From: Camelus ferus
Lineage: Eukaryota
Length of the DNA: 64,000 bases
Reading direction: 5' to 3'
Assembly: GCF_009834535.1 (NCBI RefSeq)
Contig: NC_045697.1
Coordinates: forward strand, 85,438,001-85,502,000
Numbering within the stretch: position 1 is the stretch's first letter; each line of letters opens with the position of its first letter. A model generated the notes under the pieces. The model did not search any database, was not told the origin of the DNA, and saw only the letters and a program-made list of their open reading frames with translations. The position numbers and the translations under genes were made by a program. Positions 63,501 through 64,000 of this stretch are shown in pieces.

Positions 63501-64000
63501 TGAGCTGAAAGATGGGGCCGTCAGTCATTTACATACCACTTACCATGAACATGGTACTAAGCGGGTTCCAAAGGAAAATAAAAGTTCTTACTTCCAGTGA
63601 AATGTCTGTATATATATAGACACATACACACACAGTTTGTGTAGCCTGTGTGCCTGCCTGTAAGAAGTCAGAGAGCGAGCGCATTCTCAGCTTTATTTCT
63701 ACTGCGGGAGTTGGAGTTCTTGCTGGGCCTTGATGGGTGGAGAGACTTTTCATAGATGGTGAGAACTGAGATATTTAGAGATCTATTACCATAAGGGGAG
63801 GAACTTAAATGAAACAGAGATGGACAAATCTAAGTATGAAGGATGCTGGCAAGCCCAGTATAACCGGTCTGTCTAAAGCTGATTGGATCAAATTGTGAAA
63901 GGCTCTTAATTTCTGACGAATGAATTTTACCTTTATTGCATAGGCCATGGGGCGCTATTGAAGACCTTTGCACAAAGGTATTACGTGATCAAAGTGGATT

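Overview
Mammalian genomic DNA. L1 3' ends are of cetartiodactyl type and I saw no ruminant, pig or cetacean SINEs, so a camelid is a tentative guess. The right half holds TNIP3 (ABIN-3) on the minus strand. I reconstructed 11 coding exons by hand between 60229 and 29642; all have canonical AG/GT boundaries and give one intact frame: 326 aa from the first acceptor, 319 aa from the GTG at the position of the human initiator, or 309 aa from the first ATG. The coiled-coil region and the UBAN/AHD2 DFxxER motif are intact. The left ~28 kb has no recognisable coding exon and consists of old L1, L2, MIR, MLT1 and MER5 repeats plus unique DNA; by recalled human/mouse synteny it is probably the spacer towards NDNF. 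Most notable: a CpG island starting right after the TNIP3 stop codon, GTG in place of the human start ATG, an in-frame candidate upstream exon with two phase-0 donors, NF-kB/AP-1/C-EBP motif clusters, a local ~120-bp duplication spanning an L1 3' junction, and a perfect 34-bp palindrome. I found no evidence for a wholly novel gene or system. Ortholog comparisons and repeat subfamily names come from memory and need database confirmation.
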